Below, in pieces: positions 51,140 through 64,000 of a stretch of 64,000 bases of DNA. Each line of letters begins with the position of its first letter. Position 1 is the stretch's first letter. The stretch lies in assembly GCF_009914755.1 (NCBI RefSeq), contig NC_060929.1; one strand, 5' to 3'. Both the position numbers and the translations under genes were made by a program. The notes beneath the pieces were generated by a model. It was not told the DNA's origin, made no database searches, and was given only the letters and a program-made list of their open reading frames with translations. This DNA is from the human T2T-CHM13v2.0 reference genome, Homo sapiens.

Positions 51140-53482
51140 AAAACTTCTGGGATGCAGCAAAAGCAGTAATAACAGAAAAGCTTATAATAATAAATACTCA
51201 CATTACATGAAGAAATATCTGGAAAAAAACAGCTTAACTTTATACCTCAAGGAACTATAAAAAGAATAATCCTAAAGTTTGCAGAAAGAAGGAAATAATA
51301 AATATAAGAAGTAGAAATAAATTAAAGAATAAAAAACTAAAAATCATCAAAACTAAGAGCTGTTTTCTTGAAAAAATAAACAAAATTGAAAAACCATTAG
51401 CTAGAATAATCAAGAAAAAAGAAGTCAAATAAATAAAATCAGAAATGAAAGTGAAAACATTATAACAGATGCCTCAGAAACATAAGAAACTATTATGACC
51501 AATTATATACCAACAAATTGGATAATCTAGAAGAAATGAATAAATTCCTAGAAATTTACAAGCTACCAAAACTGAATCAAGATGAAATAGAAAGCCTAAA
51601 CACACCAATAAAAAAAAAGATTAGATTAGTAATGAAAAACCTCCCAACAAAGAAAAGCCCAGGACCAGGTGGTTTCATGGTTGAATTCAAGCAAACATTC
51701 AAAGATGAATTACTACCAACTCTGTTAAACTCTTGCAAAAAATACAAGAAGGAACACTTCCAAACTCATTTTATGAGGCCAGCATCAACTTGATACTCAA
51801 ACTGTACAAAGACACTAGGAGTAAAGAAAACTATAGGCCAAAGTCCCTAGTGAACGTCAATGCAAAAATCATAAATAAAATACTAGCAAAGCAAATATAA
51901 TAACACATTAAAACAATTATACACCATGACCAAGTGAGATTTATCCATGGAGTACAAGGATGGTTCAACATACAAAAATAAATCAGTGTAATATACCATA
52001 TTACCAAAAAAAAAAAAAAGGTCAACTCAACAGAGAAAAAAACATTTGCCAAAGTTTAACTTCCATTCATGATTAAAATTCTCAAGAAAATAGGTGTAAA
52101 AAGAATTTACGTCAATTTACTTTACAGAATAAAGACCATCATATCAAAAACCACAGCCAATATCATAATCAATGAAAGAAAACAGAAAACTTTGCCTCTA
52201 AGACACTATACAAGACAAGGATGCCCATTTCTACCACTTCTTTCATCACAGTACTGCAAGTCTTAGCCAGAGCAAGTAAGTAAGAATAAATAAATAAAAG
52301 GCATCCAAATTGGAAAAGAAGAAAATTATCACTTCTTGCAAATGACATATATGTAGACATTCCTAGATAATCCACAAAAATCTCTTAGAACTAATAAATG
52401 AATTCAATAAAGTTACAGGATAAAAAGGGAACATACAATAATCAGTAACATTTCTATATATAAACAATGAACTATCCAAAATAGGAAATGGAGAAAACAA
52501 TCCTATTTATAATAGCAACAAAAATAATAAAATACTAAGGAGTAAATTTATCAAAGAGGTGAAAGACCTGTACACTGAAAATTATAAAACATTTATAAAG
52601 GAATTTACAGAAAACACAGAAAAAAAGACCTGTAAAAAACAAAGAAGACATAGAAAGACATCCTGTGTTCATGGATTGGAAAACTCAGCATTGTTAAAAT
52701 GTCCATATTACCCAAAGAGATCTAAGACTCAATTCAATTGCTATCAAATCCCAATAGCATTCTTTACAGAAATAATAATAACATTCATATGGAACTACAA
52801 AGACCTTGAATAGCCAAAACAATCTTGTGCAAGATGAACAAAAATGGAGGAATCACATTTCCTGACTTCAAAATATTACAAAGCCACAGTAATTAAACCA
52901 GCATGGTACCGGCATAAAAAAAGACCTAAAAGCCAATGGAGGAGAATCAAAAATCCAGAAATAAATCCATATATCTACAGTCAACTGATCTTTGACATGG
53001 GTTGAAAGAATACACAATGCAGAAAGGACAGTCTCTGAATATCTACATGCAGAAGAACGTAATTAGACCCTTATCCCACACCATGTTCAAAAATCAGTTC
53101 AAAATGATTTAAAGACTTAAATGTAAGGCCTGAAACTGTAAAACTACTAAAAGAATGCATAGGGAATATACTTCTTGATATTGGTCTTCGCAATAATTTC
53201 TCCACTATGAACCCAAAAGCAAAACTAGACAAGTGGGATTGCATCAAACTAAAAATCTTGTGCACAGTATAAAAACAATCAACAGAGTGAACAGGCAATC
53301 TACGAATTGATAGAAAATACTTGCAAACCATGTATCTGAGAAGGTGCTAATATCCAAAATATTTAAGAAACTAAAATAAATCAATAGCCAAAAAGAAATG
53401 ACCTGATTAAAAAATGTACAGAGGACCTGAATCGATATTTCTCAAAAGACCACATACAGATGGCCAACAGGCATGTGAAAAG
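51140..53482 (+). mobile_element. Old LINE-1 (L1M) ORF2 fragment
   Basis: Degenerate ORF2 peptides (NLEEMNKFLEIYKLPKLNQDEIESLN; KDLYTENYKT). Confidence 0.85.
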
Positions 53483-53519
53483 GTTTTGTTTTTTTTTCTT
53501 CTTCTTCTTCTTTTTTCAA

Positions 53520-54198
53520 CTATTTTAAATTATCAGAACTTAAAAAAATATATTACTATGGTATACTGGAAGTATAAGTTGTATAGAGACTTCCAGAGAG
53601 TTATAATTCATTTTATGCATTTTTTGCAAATTTGCCTACACGAAAGTGCACTATCACCACACTGACTTTGTGTGCAAGCATTGTATGTGTACAAAAAAAC
53701 TTGAAACTTTCTCAGTAAATGAAGAGATGTCCTTTTGTACAGCTGCATTTGTGAAAAATAAAATTTATTGAGATCTTGGTTCTTTTAGGTGACTGTGCAT
53801 GTGGTATTGACCCATCATAGTTTGTGCCAATCTTGTCAAGACTTACAGTGTTCATCAAAGAATGTCAGATGACCACAGTTATAAATTTGGGTGGACACAA
53901 TTACCAACCATAGTAATATGCACTTACACATTTCCTTTTGTCCAATTTTTATGAATATGGTTTATCACTCACAACTGTTATACCTACGCAATGTCCATTA
54001 ATATACCTCTTTATGTTTGCAAAAATACGTATGTTATTATTGCTTATTTTATTGTGTAAAAATATGAAGTTTTTTGTCGTGTTTTTATGTGTTTCACAAA
54101 TAAATCTCCTTTTAAAAATGTAAATAAATATCACTTAAAGAATTTTTAAAATATTTCCCAGAATTATATTTTTGGGATTTTCATCCTTCCAGATTATA
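53520..54198. mobile_element. Probable Ricksha-like (MULE/MuDR) DNA transposon fragment
   Basis: Ends ..cagaattatatttttgggattttcatccttccagattat, which resembles the Ricksha subterminal gggattttgatctttcgggatt repeats as I recall them. It abuts the truncated L1M. Confidence 0.5.
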
Positions 54199-56884
54199 GC
54201 AGTCAGCTCCTAAAGTTCAATTGATCTTAATATGCAGAATATAGATGTACTTCAACAAATCCAATAATTCCTTTATTGATTGACATTTCACATTACTTCC
54301 TATAAAATGTTGGTTGTGCTAACCAATGCAGTAATAGTAATCATCATCATAAAAACAGCCTTATACACTGATCTAACATTCAACAGGTGCATACTATTCT
54401 GGTTTATCAGCCCCCACACTATATCTATAGTTAAATATTTTGGTTACCACCTCTGCTTATAAATACATTTATACATATCATTATTTTATTACTATAAGAC
54501 TGTGTCTTCCAAAAAATGAATTAGAAAGTATAAGAGAATGAAAAGGCAAAATTTTAAGTGGTAGAACATATTTTCAACATGTAGTTGATAAAGGACTCAT
54601 ATACAGAAGATACAAAGAACTCCCAATAAATAGAAACATGGAGAAAAGCCTTAAAAAGGGAAGTCACAAAGGAAGAAATCCAAGTGGCCAATAAATATGG
54701 AAATAATCATCAAGATAATAGGGAAATTCAAATTAAAACCAAAATTAGATGCTACTTCACATTCACCAGAAGGGTTAACACTTAAAAGAATGCCAATACC
54801 AGAAATTGAAGAGAATATGGAGTAATAGAAATTCTCACAAACTGCGTGTGGTTGTGTAAATTGGTAAAACCACCAACTGGAAAACAGTTGGATGTTTTCT
54901 ATCAAGATTCAAGACAGACATACGCACTGACTTAGCAATATCACAACTTTATATATATCCAATAGAAATATGTCCTATGTACCAGGGAACATGTATAAGA
55001 ATGGTCACAGCAACGTTTTTCATAAGGGATAAAATATGGAATCAAACAACATTCTATCTTGTGAACCAAAAAGTATGGTATGTTTGTGAATAAAGGGTGA
55101 AGCAAAATGTTCTTTCTTTTTATAATGCATAAATTTGAGCTTGGGTTATTTTCTAATTCCATTCCCCTAAAAAAATAGCAAAAGTGGATGTCAGCTGTGT
55201 TACTGGGACCACCGCTTATGGTAAAACAAACAAACAAACAAACAAACAAAACTCCTGATTGACACATTATACCTAGACTGTGAATAAACTATAAATACCT
55301 TATTAGGAGAATCTTTGGGCTCTCCTAAACGCATGTTCTTTGCAGGACTTTTTAAGTCATTGATTCCACTTTGGGACACAGGATTTTAAGGTTATCTATC
55401 TATTACACTCAGCTCTCTAAGTCTCACATTCTTACATGCACAGTCATTTGGAGTAGCTACAGAAGACTAGCTCCCATTTCTGTTCTGTTGAGAACTCTTT
55501 CAGAAGGTAAACAGTTGCTGGTGTGCTGGCATGCTGTTCCCTGCGCTGTATCCTGCTAAGTGAGGTCAGCGGTTAGTGTGGCCTATAATAATCATATTAG
55601 TCTGTCTAGTTGAGCTTGAAGACCCAAAGGTAAGTATTCAATGTCAAGGGAATGAAAAATTAAACAAACTGCAACTATACAAACAATATAGACGATCTTA
55701 CAAACATATAGAATATACACTACAATATTACATTTATATAAAGCATAAAACTGTAAAGAAAAAGAAAATTTGGGAGAGTAAAAACAGTTAAGGAAAGAAG
55801 GATTTTTTTAATTGGTTTATATGTTGATGAAGACAGCACTAGGATTTCTTTATTTAAAAGGGTTACACAAAAGTTTTCTGAAAATGATTTTATGTCTTCA
55901 CCTGGTGAATACACAAGTATTTGATTTATAATAATTCATTAATCATTATATTTATGTTCATATAGTCTTCTGTATGTGTTAGCATTTCACAACAAAAAAT
56001 ATACAAGTGTTTATACTTTTAATTACAAGAGTATGTATACTTTTAATTATAGCAGATTAAAAAAATATCTTCCAAAAATATTCTAGTCGTTCATATTCTA
56101 GTAAAGCATATACTAGTAAAGCACAACAACTCTCATTTTCCCACATCCTCACCAGAATGATATCAGTTGTTTTGATAATTGCATTTGATTGATGCAGGTA
56201 TTTCCTTATGGTTTAAAGTTTGTGTTTCCCTAACTACTAGCATTCCTGAGAATCTTTTCGAGTATGAAGGGCCTTACATTCATTTTTATAATGCCTATTC
56301 TGTGGCATGCATTTTTATATATTTGTTCACTTTTTACTTATTAAGCTTTTTTGTCTTTTTATTAAAAAATCAATGTATGGCAATATAGTTATAGTGGTTA
56401 TGTGCACCATCCCAGGAGCCAGACTTCCTGTGGTTTGAATCTGACTTTGTCCTTTAACATATTTTTAAACTTCAGTAGTTTATTATGCCTTAATTTCTTT
56501 GCCTGTAAAATGGAAAAATAAATAGAAATATTTCATGAGTTGCTTTGAAAGTTAAATGAAATAATGCATGTACTGTACTTAGAGGAGTGCCTGGTACATG
56601 CTAAATATTTAATTAATGGTAACTGGTACTACTATCATGAAAATTTTGCAAATGTATGTTGTAGGCATTTCTATCTCAGTATAATATTTATCTTTGTTCA
56701 TTGTTATGATAACTTTAGTCATAAATTAAAATTTTATATTTATATATGATTTTATTTTCCTTTATAATGTCTGGGATTTCTCACTTAGATGATTTCCCTC
56801 TCTCCAATAGTATACAAACAGAAATCTAAATTTTCTTCTAATAAATTTTTATACTTCTATTTTTAACATATTCAGAATTTCAAA

Positions 56885-57530
56885 ATGTTGAGAAGTAGAA
56901 ATTGATACAAATGAACTGCTTACAGTGACCTCCTTCCAAAGAGTACAGTAAGCCAAAGGGAGGAGGAAAAATAGTCACTCTCAGTAAAAAAACAAGGAAC
57001 ACTGCTCCAGCCAGGTGATCAAAATCAACATCAGCAGTGATAAATTGTTTTGATTGTATGTACCCCTGATGTGATGTGATGAGAATGGTGCTTAACCTCA
57101 GGTCTCTCTCACAGAAACTGGTAAACCCAGTATAATCATGAGAAAAACATCAGAAAAATTCCAACAGGAGAACATTCTACAAAATGCCTGACTAGTACTC
57201 TTCAAAATTGTCATGGTCATTAAAAACAAAGTCTGAGAAACTGTCCCAGCCTAGAAGAGCCAAAGGAGACATTATAACTAAATGTAATGTAGTGTCCTGT
57301 ATGGGATCCTGGAACAGAAAAAAGGAAATTAGGTAAAAATTAGAAAAATATGAATAAAATATGGCCCTTAATAGTCATGTATTAACATGGTTCAATATTG
57401 CGACAAATGTATCATACTAATGTAGGATGTTAGCAATAGGAGAAACTGAGTGCAGGGTATAGGGAAACTCTCTGTACTATCTTCTTACATTTCTAAAACT
57501 GTTCTAAACAATAAATGTATTTTACAAAAA
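56885..57530 (+). mobile_element. L1MC/L1MD-type 3' UTR fragment
   Basis: ccaggtgatcaaaatcaacatcagcagtgataa..gggatcctggaacagaaaaaagg..gggtatagggaaactctctgtactatct. Confidence 0.7.
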
Positions 57531-58830
57531 TAAATGTTGACAAATAAAAAATGGGAGGTGATAAAAAATCACTTCAAGATACAGCTTACCAGTCATTTTC
57601 TAATTTATTGATTCATTCTATATTAATTAAATATCTGCTATGAGTCAAGCACTCTGCTAGGCAAGAGGACACAAAACGGAAGTGAATCAAAACCTGATAG
57701 GCAGTCACTTGTCTCATGGGTCTTATACTCTTTTGGGAGAGAATATACATCCAATAAACAAGAACACCATATATCAACATGGTGTTTTCTGAAAGTGATC
57801 CATGCTGTGAAAATTTAACTAGAGTGATGTGGAAGAGACTATCGGGAAAGGTGAGACTTTGCACAAGGCAGTCAGGGAACATCATGAGGGAGAGACATTT
57901 GAGTTGAAATGAGAAAGAGACAGAAAGCAAGAGACAAAGAAAACAAAAGACTTAGAAAAAGAAGAGTGGGGGAAGGAAGGAAGGGAAGGGGAGGAAAAGG
58001 GAAAGGGAAAGGGAAAGAGGGAAGGAGGGAGGGAGGGAAAGAACATAAAGGAAAGAGGTTAAGAGATCAAGGAGCAGGCTGGGGACTAGTTCTCTCAGGG
58101 TATTTAAACCATGGGGTAGAGTCTGTATTTTACTCTGGATGTAATGGAAAGATATTACAGGGTTAAAATTAGAGCATGACACAATTTTGTTAACATTCTT
58201 AAAACATTACTGAGACTGCTGTTCAGAGAACAAGGGGGTGAGAGCAGAAACAGGGGCACCAGCAGGAATGTGTGGCAAAATGACAGGAATTAGAGCATGT
58301 TGACTTGGTTATGGGGTGGGGCAAGGGATGGAGGCAGTGGACATGAAGAAACTGTGCTTCAGGTCGCATAATTACAAAGGGCCAGAAACTCACCTCAAGT
58401 CTACCTCTAAAGCCTATAAAAATCTGCCCTATAATGTAATATTAATGTACCCGCCTTATATTCCCTGATGTAACTTTAGGTGCTTAAGTTTATTTTTACT
58501 GTTGTACATAGAATTTGCTTAACAAACATCTGGTGTTTGCTTTATATATACTGCTTGAAATGTATAAAATGTACTTTGTTTTACAAGAAGAAATAGGAGG
58601 CTGACAGAGGTTAAGTATCACACTCAAGGTTATATCTTGAAAGTAAACTGAGCCAAATGTGAAATGAACTGTCTGACTCAAAGTCTTTGCATTTAGCTGT
58701 TTTTCTAAGATCCCTAAGAATGATTTATAGTATAATAATGTGCAATTCATTCTTCTTTTAAAATAATAGTAAATTCAATTCAATTTAATTTCCCCATTAC
58801 CAACCACAGACAACCCCCAAGCACACAAAA

Positions 58831-58833
58831 GCG

Positions 58834-58880
<47 letters not shown>
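58831..58880. repeat. (GC)n-(CA)n alternating purine-pyrimidine microsatellite
   Basis: gcgcacgcgcgcgc followed by (ac)n. Confidence 0.95.
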
Positions 58881-58882
<2 letters not shown>

Positions 58883-60840
58883 TCCAGGGTTTCAAATACA
58901 AATTAAAATTACATTTTCTGAAATTAGTTTGTCTCAGCTTTTTCATAGGCTCTAGGGAAAACATAGTTATGTCATTTTATTTCTAAAGCAAGATAACAGG
59001 CTTAGGATGAAAATAATATCTAATTCAATTTCTATGTTCAAACTACATTGTATAATAATTTTAGTTTTGTCCAACATTTTTCAATATGGATTATGGCTTG
59101 TAATACATCATTGAAAACATGGAAAGCTAATTATTTTTAACTTTCTATGTAAATCCTGAGTCCTTTAATTGGTCTCCTACAGATCATGTTAATAAATATT
59201 TAGTGAGAGATAAACATAGCTATTTTAACCAATTCCTGCCCATCACAATAGACATTATTGTAAAAATTAAAACTTATTTAGTGACATATATAACACATGG
59301 TAAGAAGCAAAAGGAAACTTCTAAAAAGTAAATACAGGCATTTCAAAAAACAGACTTAGGCTTCACGCATTCCAATTTCTCTGAAATATCAAAGGATTTC
59401 ACAAAGATAATCTAGTCTAAATATGTAAGAGCAGTCCTGTGGAACACACAGTAAATAAAGATCATTCTAATTTTATTTATAAAATATTTATACTGAAGTC
59501 TCCTGGTTAAATAGGCATGCCATCCAAACTGACTGTATTTACATTATCTGTGAATTCTGTGATAATGTGAATATCTGTGAACTTTTTAAGCTGACAATTC
59601 ATTTGTTCAATAACTATTTAATGAAAGCCTCCTACATACAAAATATTTTGCTAGATACCATGAGCGCTAGAAGATAAATCAGGCCTGGCCTCAGGAAGTT
59701 CCCATTCTGGGAGGGAAGTGAGACACTTCACAGTGATGAAACATAAGGAGATGTTCCTTAAAAAAGAAATAAAATTCTGTGGGAGTTTAGAAGCAGAGAT
59801 CATGATTCCAACACTTCCATGTCCTATAATCTTTGCTGAATCACTTAATCTGTGGGAGCTATAATTTTCCATCTGTAGAAACAGTGAAAAAATCTTGCAG
59901 AATTTTGGAAAGCATCAAATCAAGCCACACAGCCTAGTTCCTGGCATATATTCAGTGCTGCAAAACTGTTAGTTATAAGCATTACTCTTTTTGGTGAGAT
60001 TCAGAAAAAGCTTCTTTGTGGAAATAGCATGTGATCCTTGAAGCCTTGGCAGGAACTCGAAAGGACAGAATAGCAGTTGTCCTTTCAAAGTTCTTTCTCT
60101 GCTTTTTCCTGGGCACATGATCACCCAGAATTTAGAGATTAGGTGGAGGTCAAGCTAAATCAAGTTAAAATTGATCTATCTAAATCAATAGGGCATGATG
60201 AATAATGGGATATGAGAAAAGAAATCATGATGTCAAGCATACAGATAAACTCAATGTTTTTGGCCCACATGACTGGAAGTAGAAAGATGACATCAAGATA
60301 ATTGGACGGGAGGAATCTGAGCAGATGATCTGTGCCATTCTGGGCATAGAGAGGATGATTTACCTATGAGACATCCAAGTGGAAAGGTTTATAATCCAAA
60401 AGGACTTGTAAGTCAAGCATGAGGAAATGGATAAGATCCAGAAATAAAGATTTCAGATTCACCGACATATCAGTGATGATCAAAGCCTTAAAATTTCAAG
60501 AGGAAGAATACTAAGAAAAAAATAATTAATCAAAGGAAAGTTTTTGTTTGATGAAGCCCAGAGTTAGGAAACAAGAGGGAAAGAAGAAACAGTAAATATG
60601 AGAGGAGATTCAGGAAAGTACTACAATGGAATTGAGACGTATATATAATACGGGGTGCAAATTCCTTCTCTGAAAAGTGTTCGTTATTAACAGTCCCTGC
60701 TGCACTGGGGCCTAAGTTCTGTATTAGTCCATATGACTTCATGCCCCCTGGCCATTGCTGATTTTGTCACAGTACACATCTGATGCCAGCTGGGCCAATT
60801 CAGGTCTCTTTCTAAGGATTTTAAATAAAATGATACTTTA

Positions 60841-62620
<1,780 letters not shown>

Positions 62621-63116
62621 AAAACAATACTTTAATTGGCTGAGGTTAGAACTGAAAGGTTATGTACAGCCAAAACCTATGGCTGTTGCTGACAACTTTT
62701 TCAAGACAACAAATAACAAAGCACCTTCAATTTCAGAAAGCTGCATGTTCACCATTGTAGCCCCCAATCAACGTTTGCCAAATGATTTACTGATGTAAAT
62801 CTACAGTTTTTATCCTTTTCAAGTTGATCATAGTGTACATGCAGACTATATCTGCCAAGCTGGCCATTTTATCTCCACGTGTGTTGAGTACTGAAAGACG
62901 GAAAAAGGCCTAGCTATAGCTTCTGCTCTCAAGTTCCACAACACAGCCTTATATCCTTATGTTAATTTTTTTTTGTTTGAGTTAGTTTGAACGTGTGCCT
63001 GTTTCATACAAACAAGCATCCTAGACTGAGATATCAAAGAATACATTAAAGATAAAGACAATGATAGAAAATGTACATCCACAGAAATATCAAGACTAAA
63101 TACAAAAAGAAAGTCA

Positions 63117-63420
63117 GGCCAGGCACAGTGGCTCACGCCTATAATCCCAGCACTTTGGGAGGCTGAGGCGGGAGGATCACGAGGTCAGGAGATCGAGACC
63201 ATCCTGGCTAACAAGTGAAACCCCGTCTCTACTAAAAATACAAAAATTAGCTGGGCGTGGTGGCAGGGCACCGGTAGTCCCAGCTACTCAGGAGGCTGAG
63301 GCAGGAGAATGGCATGAACCCAGGAGGCGGAGCTTGCAGTGAGCCGACACTGCACCACTGCACTCCAGCCTGGGCAACAGAGCAAGACTCCATCTCTAAA
63401 AAAAAAAAAGAAAAAAAAGA
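63117..63420 (+). mobile_element. AluY-like
   Basis: Diagnostic gagatcgagaccatcctggctaac, gaatggcatgaacc and gagcttgcagtgagc. TSD aagaaagtca (63107-63116) / aagaaaatca (63421-63430). Confidence 0.93.
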
Positions 63421-63469
63421 AAGAAAATCATTAGAGTTAATATTTTAAAAGTCAGTGGAGATATTTTTA

Positions 63470-63941
63470 ATTCAATTTTTTATTTATAACCAAAACATAA
63501 TAATTGTACGTATTTATGGGATAAAATGTGATGTTTCAATGCATGTGTTCATAACTTAATGATAAAATTGGGGTAAGTGCCATATCCATCACTTTCAATA
63601 TTTATCATTTCTTTGTGGTCACAACATTGAAAGCCACCTCATCCCAGCTAGAATGGCTATTATCAAAAGTAACAAATAGAAGAAAAGAAAACTCATACAT
63701 TGTTGGTAGGAATGTACGTTAGTACAGCCATAATGAATAACACTATGGAGGTTCCTCAAAAAACTAAAAATAGAACTGCCATATAATCCAGCAATCCCAT
63801 TACTGGATATATATCCAAAGAAAATATAATCAGTATGTGAAAGAGACATCTGCACATCCATGTTTATTGTAGCACTATTCACAGTAGCCAAGATACAGAA
63901 TCAACCTATATGTGCATCTAATGATGAATGGATATCTATCT

Positions 63942-63975
<34 letters not shown>

Positions 63976-64000
63976 TAGAATACTATAAAGCCATAAAACA
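63470..64000. mobile_element. Old L1MA fragment: minus-strand 3' end joined to a plus-strand ORF2 C-terminal segment
   Basis: 63470-63632 is a reverse L1MA 3' UTR (ataattgtacgtatttatggg..catttctttgtgg). From 63633 the L1 is sense (cagctagaatggctattatcaaaa..aatagaactgccatataatccagcaatccc). A (TG)n run lies at 63943-63973. Confidence 0.7.

Overview
Human (primate) intronic and exonic DNA. The window holds eight consecutive internal coding exons of TMEM232 (5q22.1) on the minus strand, between 48920 and 11641. All eight have GT-AG boundaries and compatible phases, and they splice into 1151 nt of open frame; the start and stop codons lie outside the window. The rest is AT-rich intron dense in retroelements: a full-length L1PA8-like element with a younger L1PA3-like copy nested in its ORF1, an old L1MA-type element carrying two independent solo MST LTRs, two clear twin-primed (5'-inverted) young L1s and a probable third, four Alus, MER1B, Ricksha-like, L2/MIR/MLT remnants and microsatellites. 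I found no unexplained novel system. The best leads are inverted L1/Alu pairs that predict the same circRNAs, an intact ORF0-like frame pointing along TMEM232, frame-preserving exon-pair modules, a micro DUP-INV-DUP hairpin, a strong CTCF motif and a TSD recording opposite-strand CpG decay. Gene identity, exon numbers and repeat subfamilies are from recall, not from database searches.
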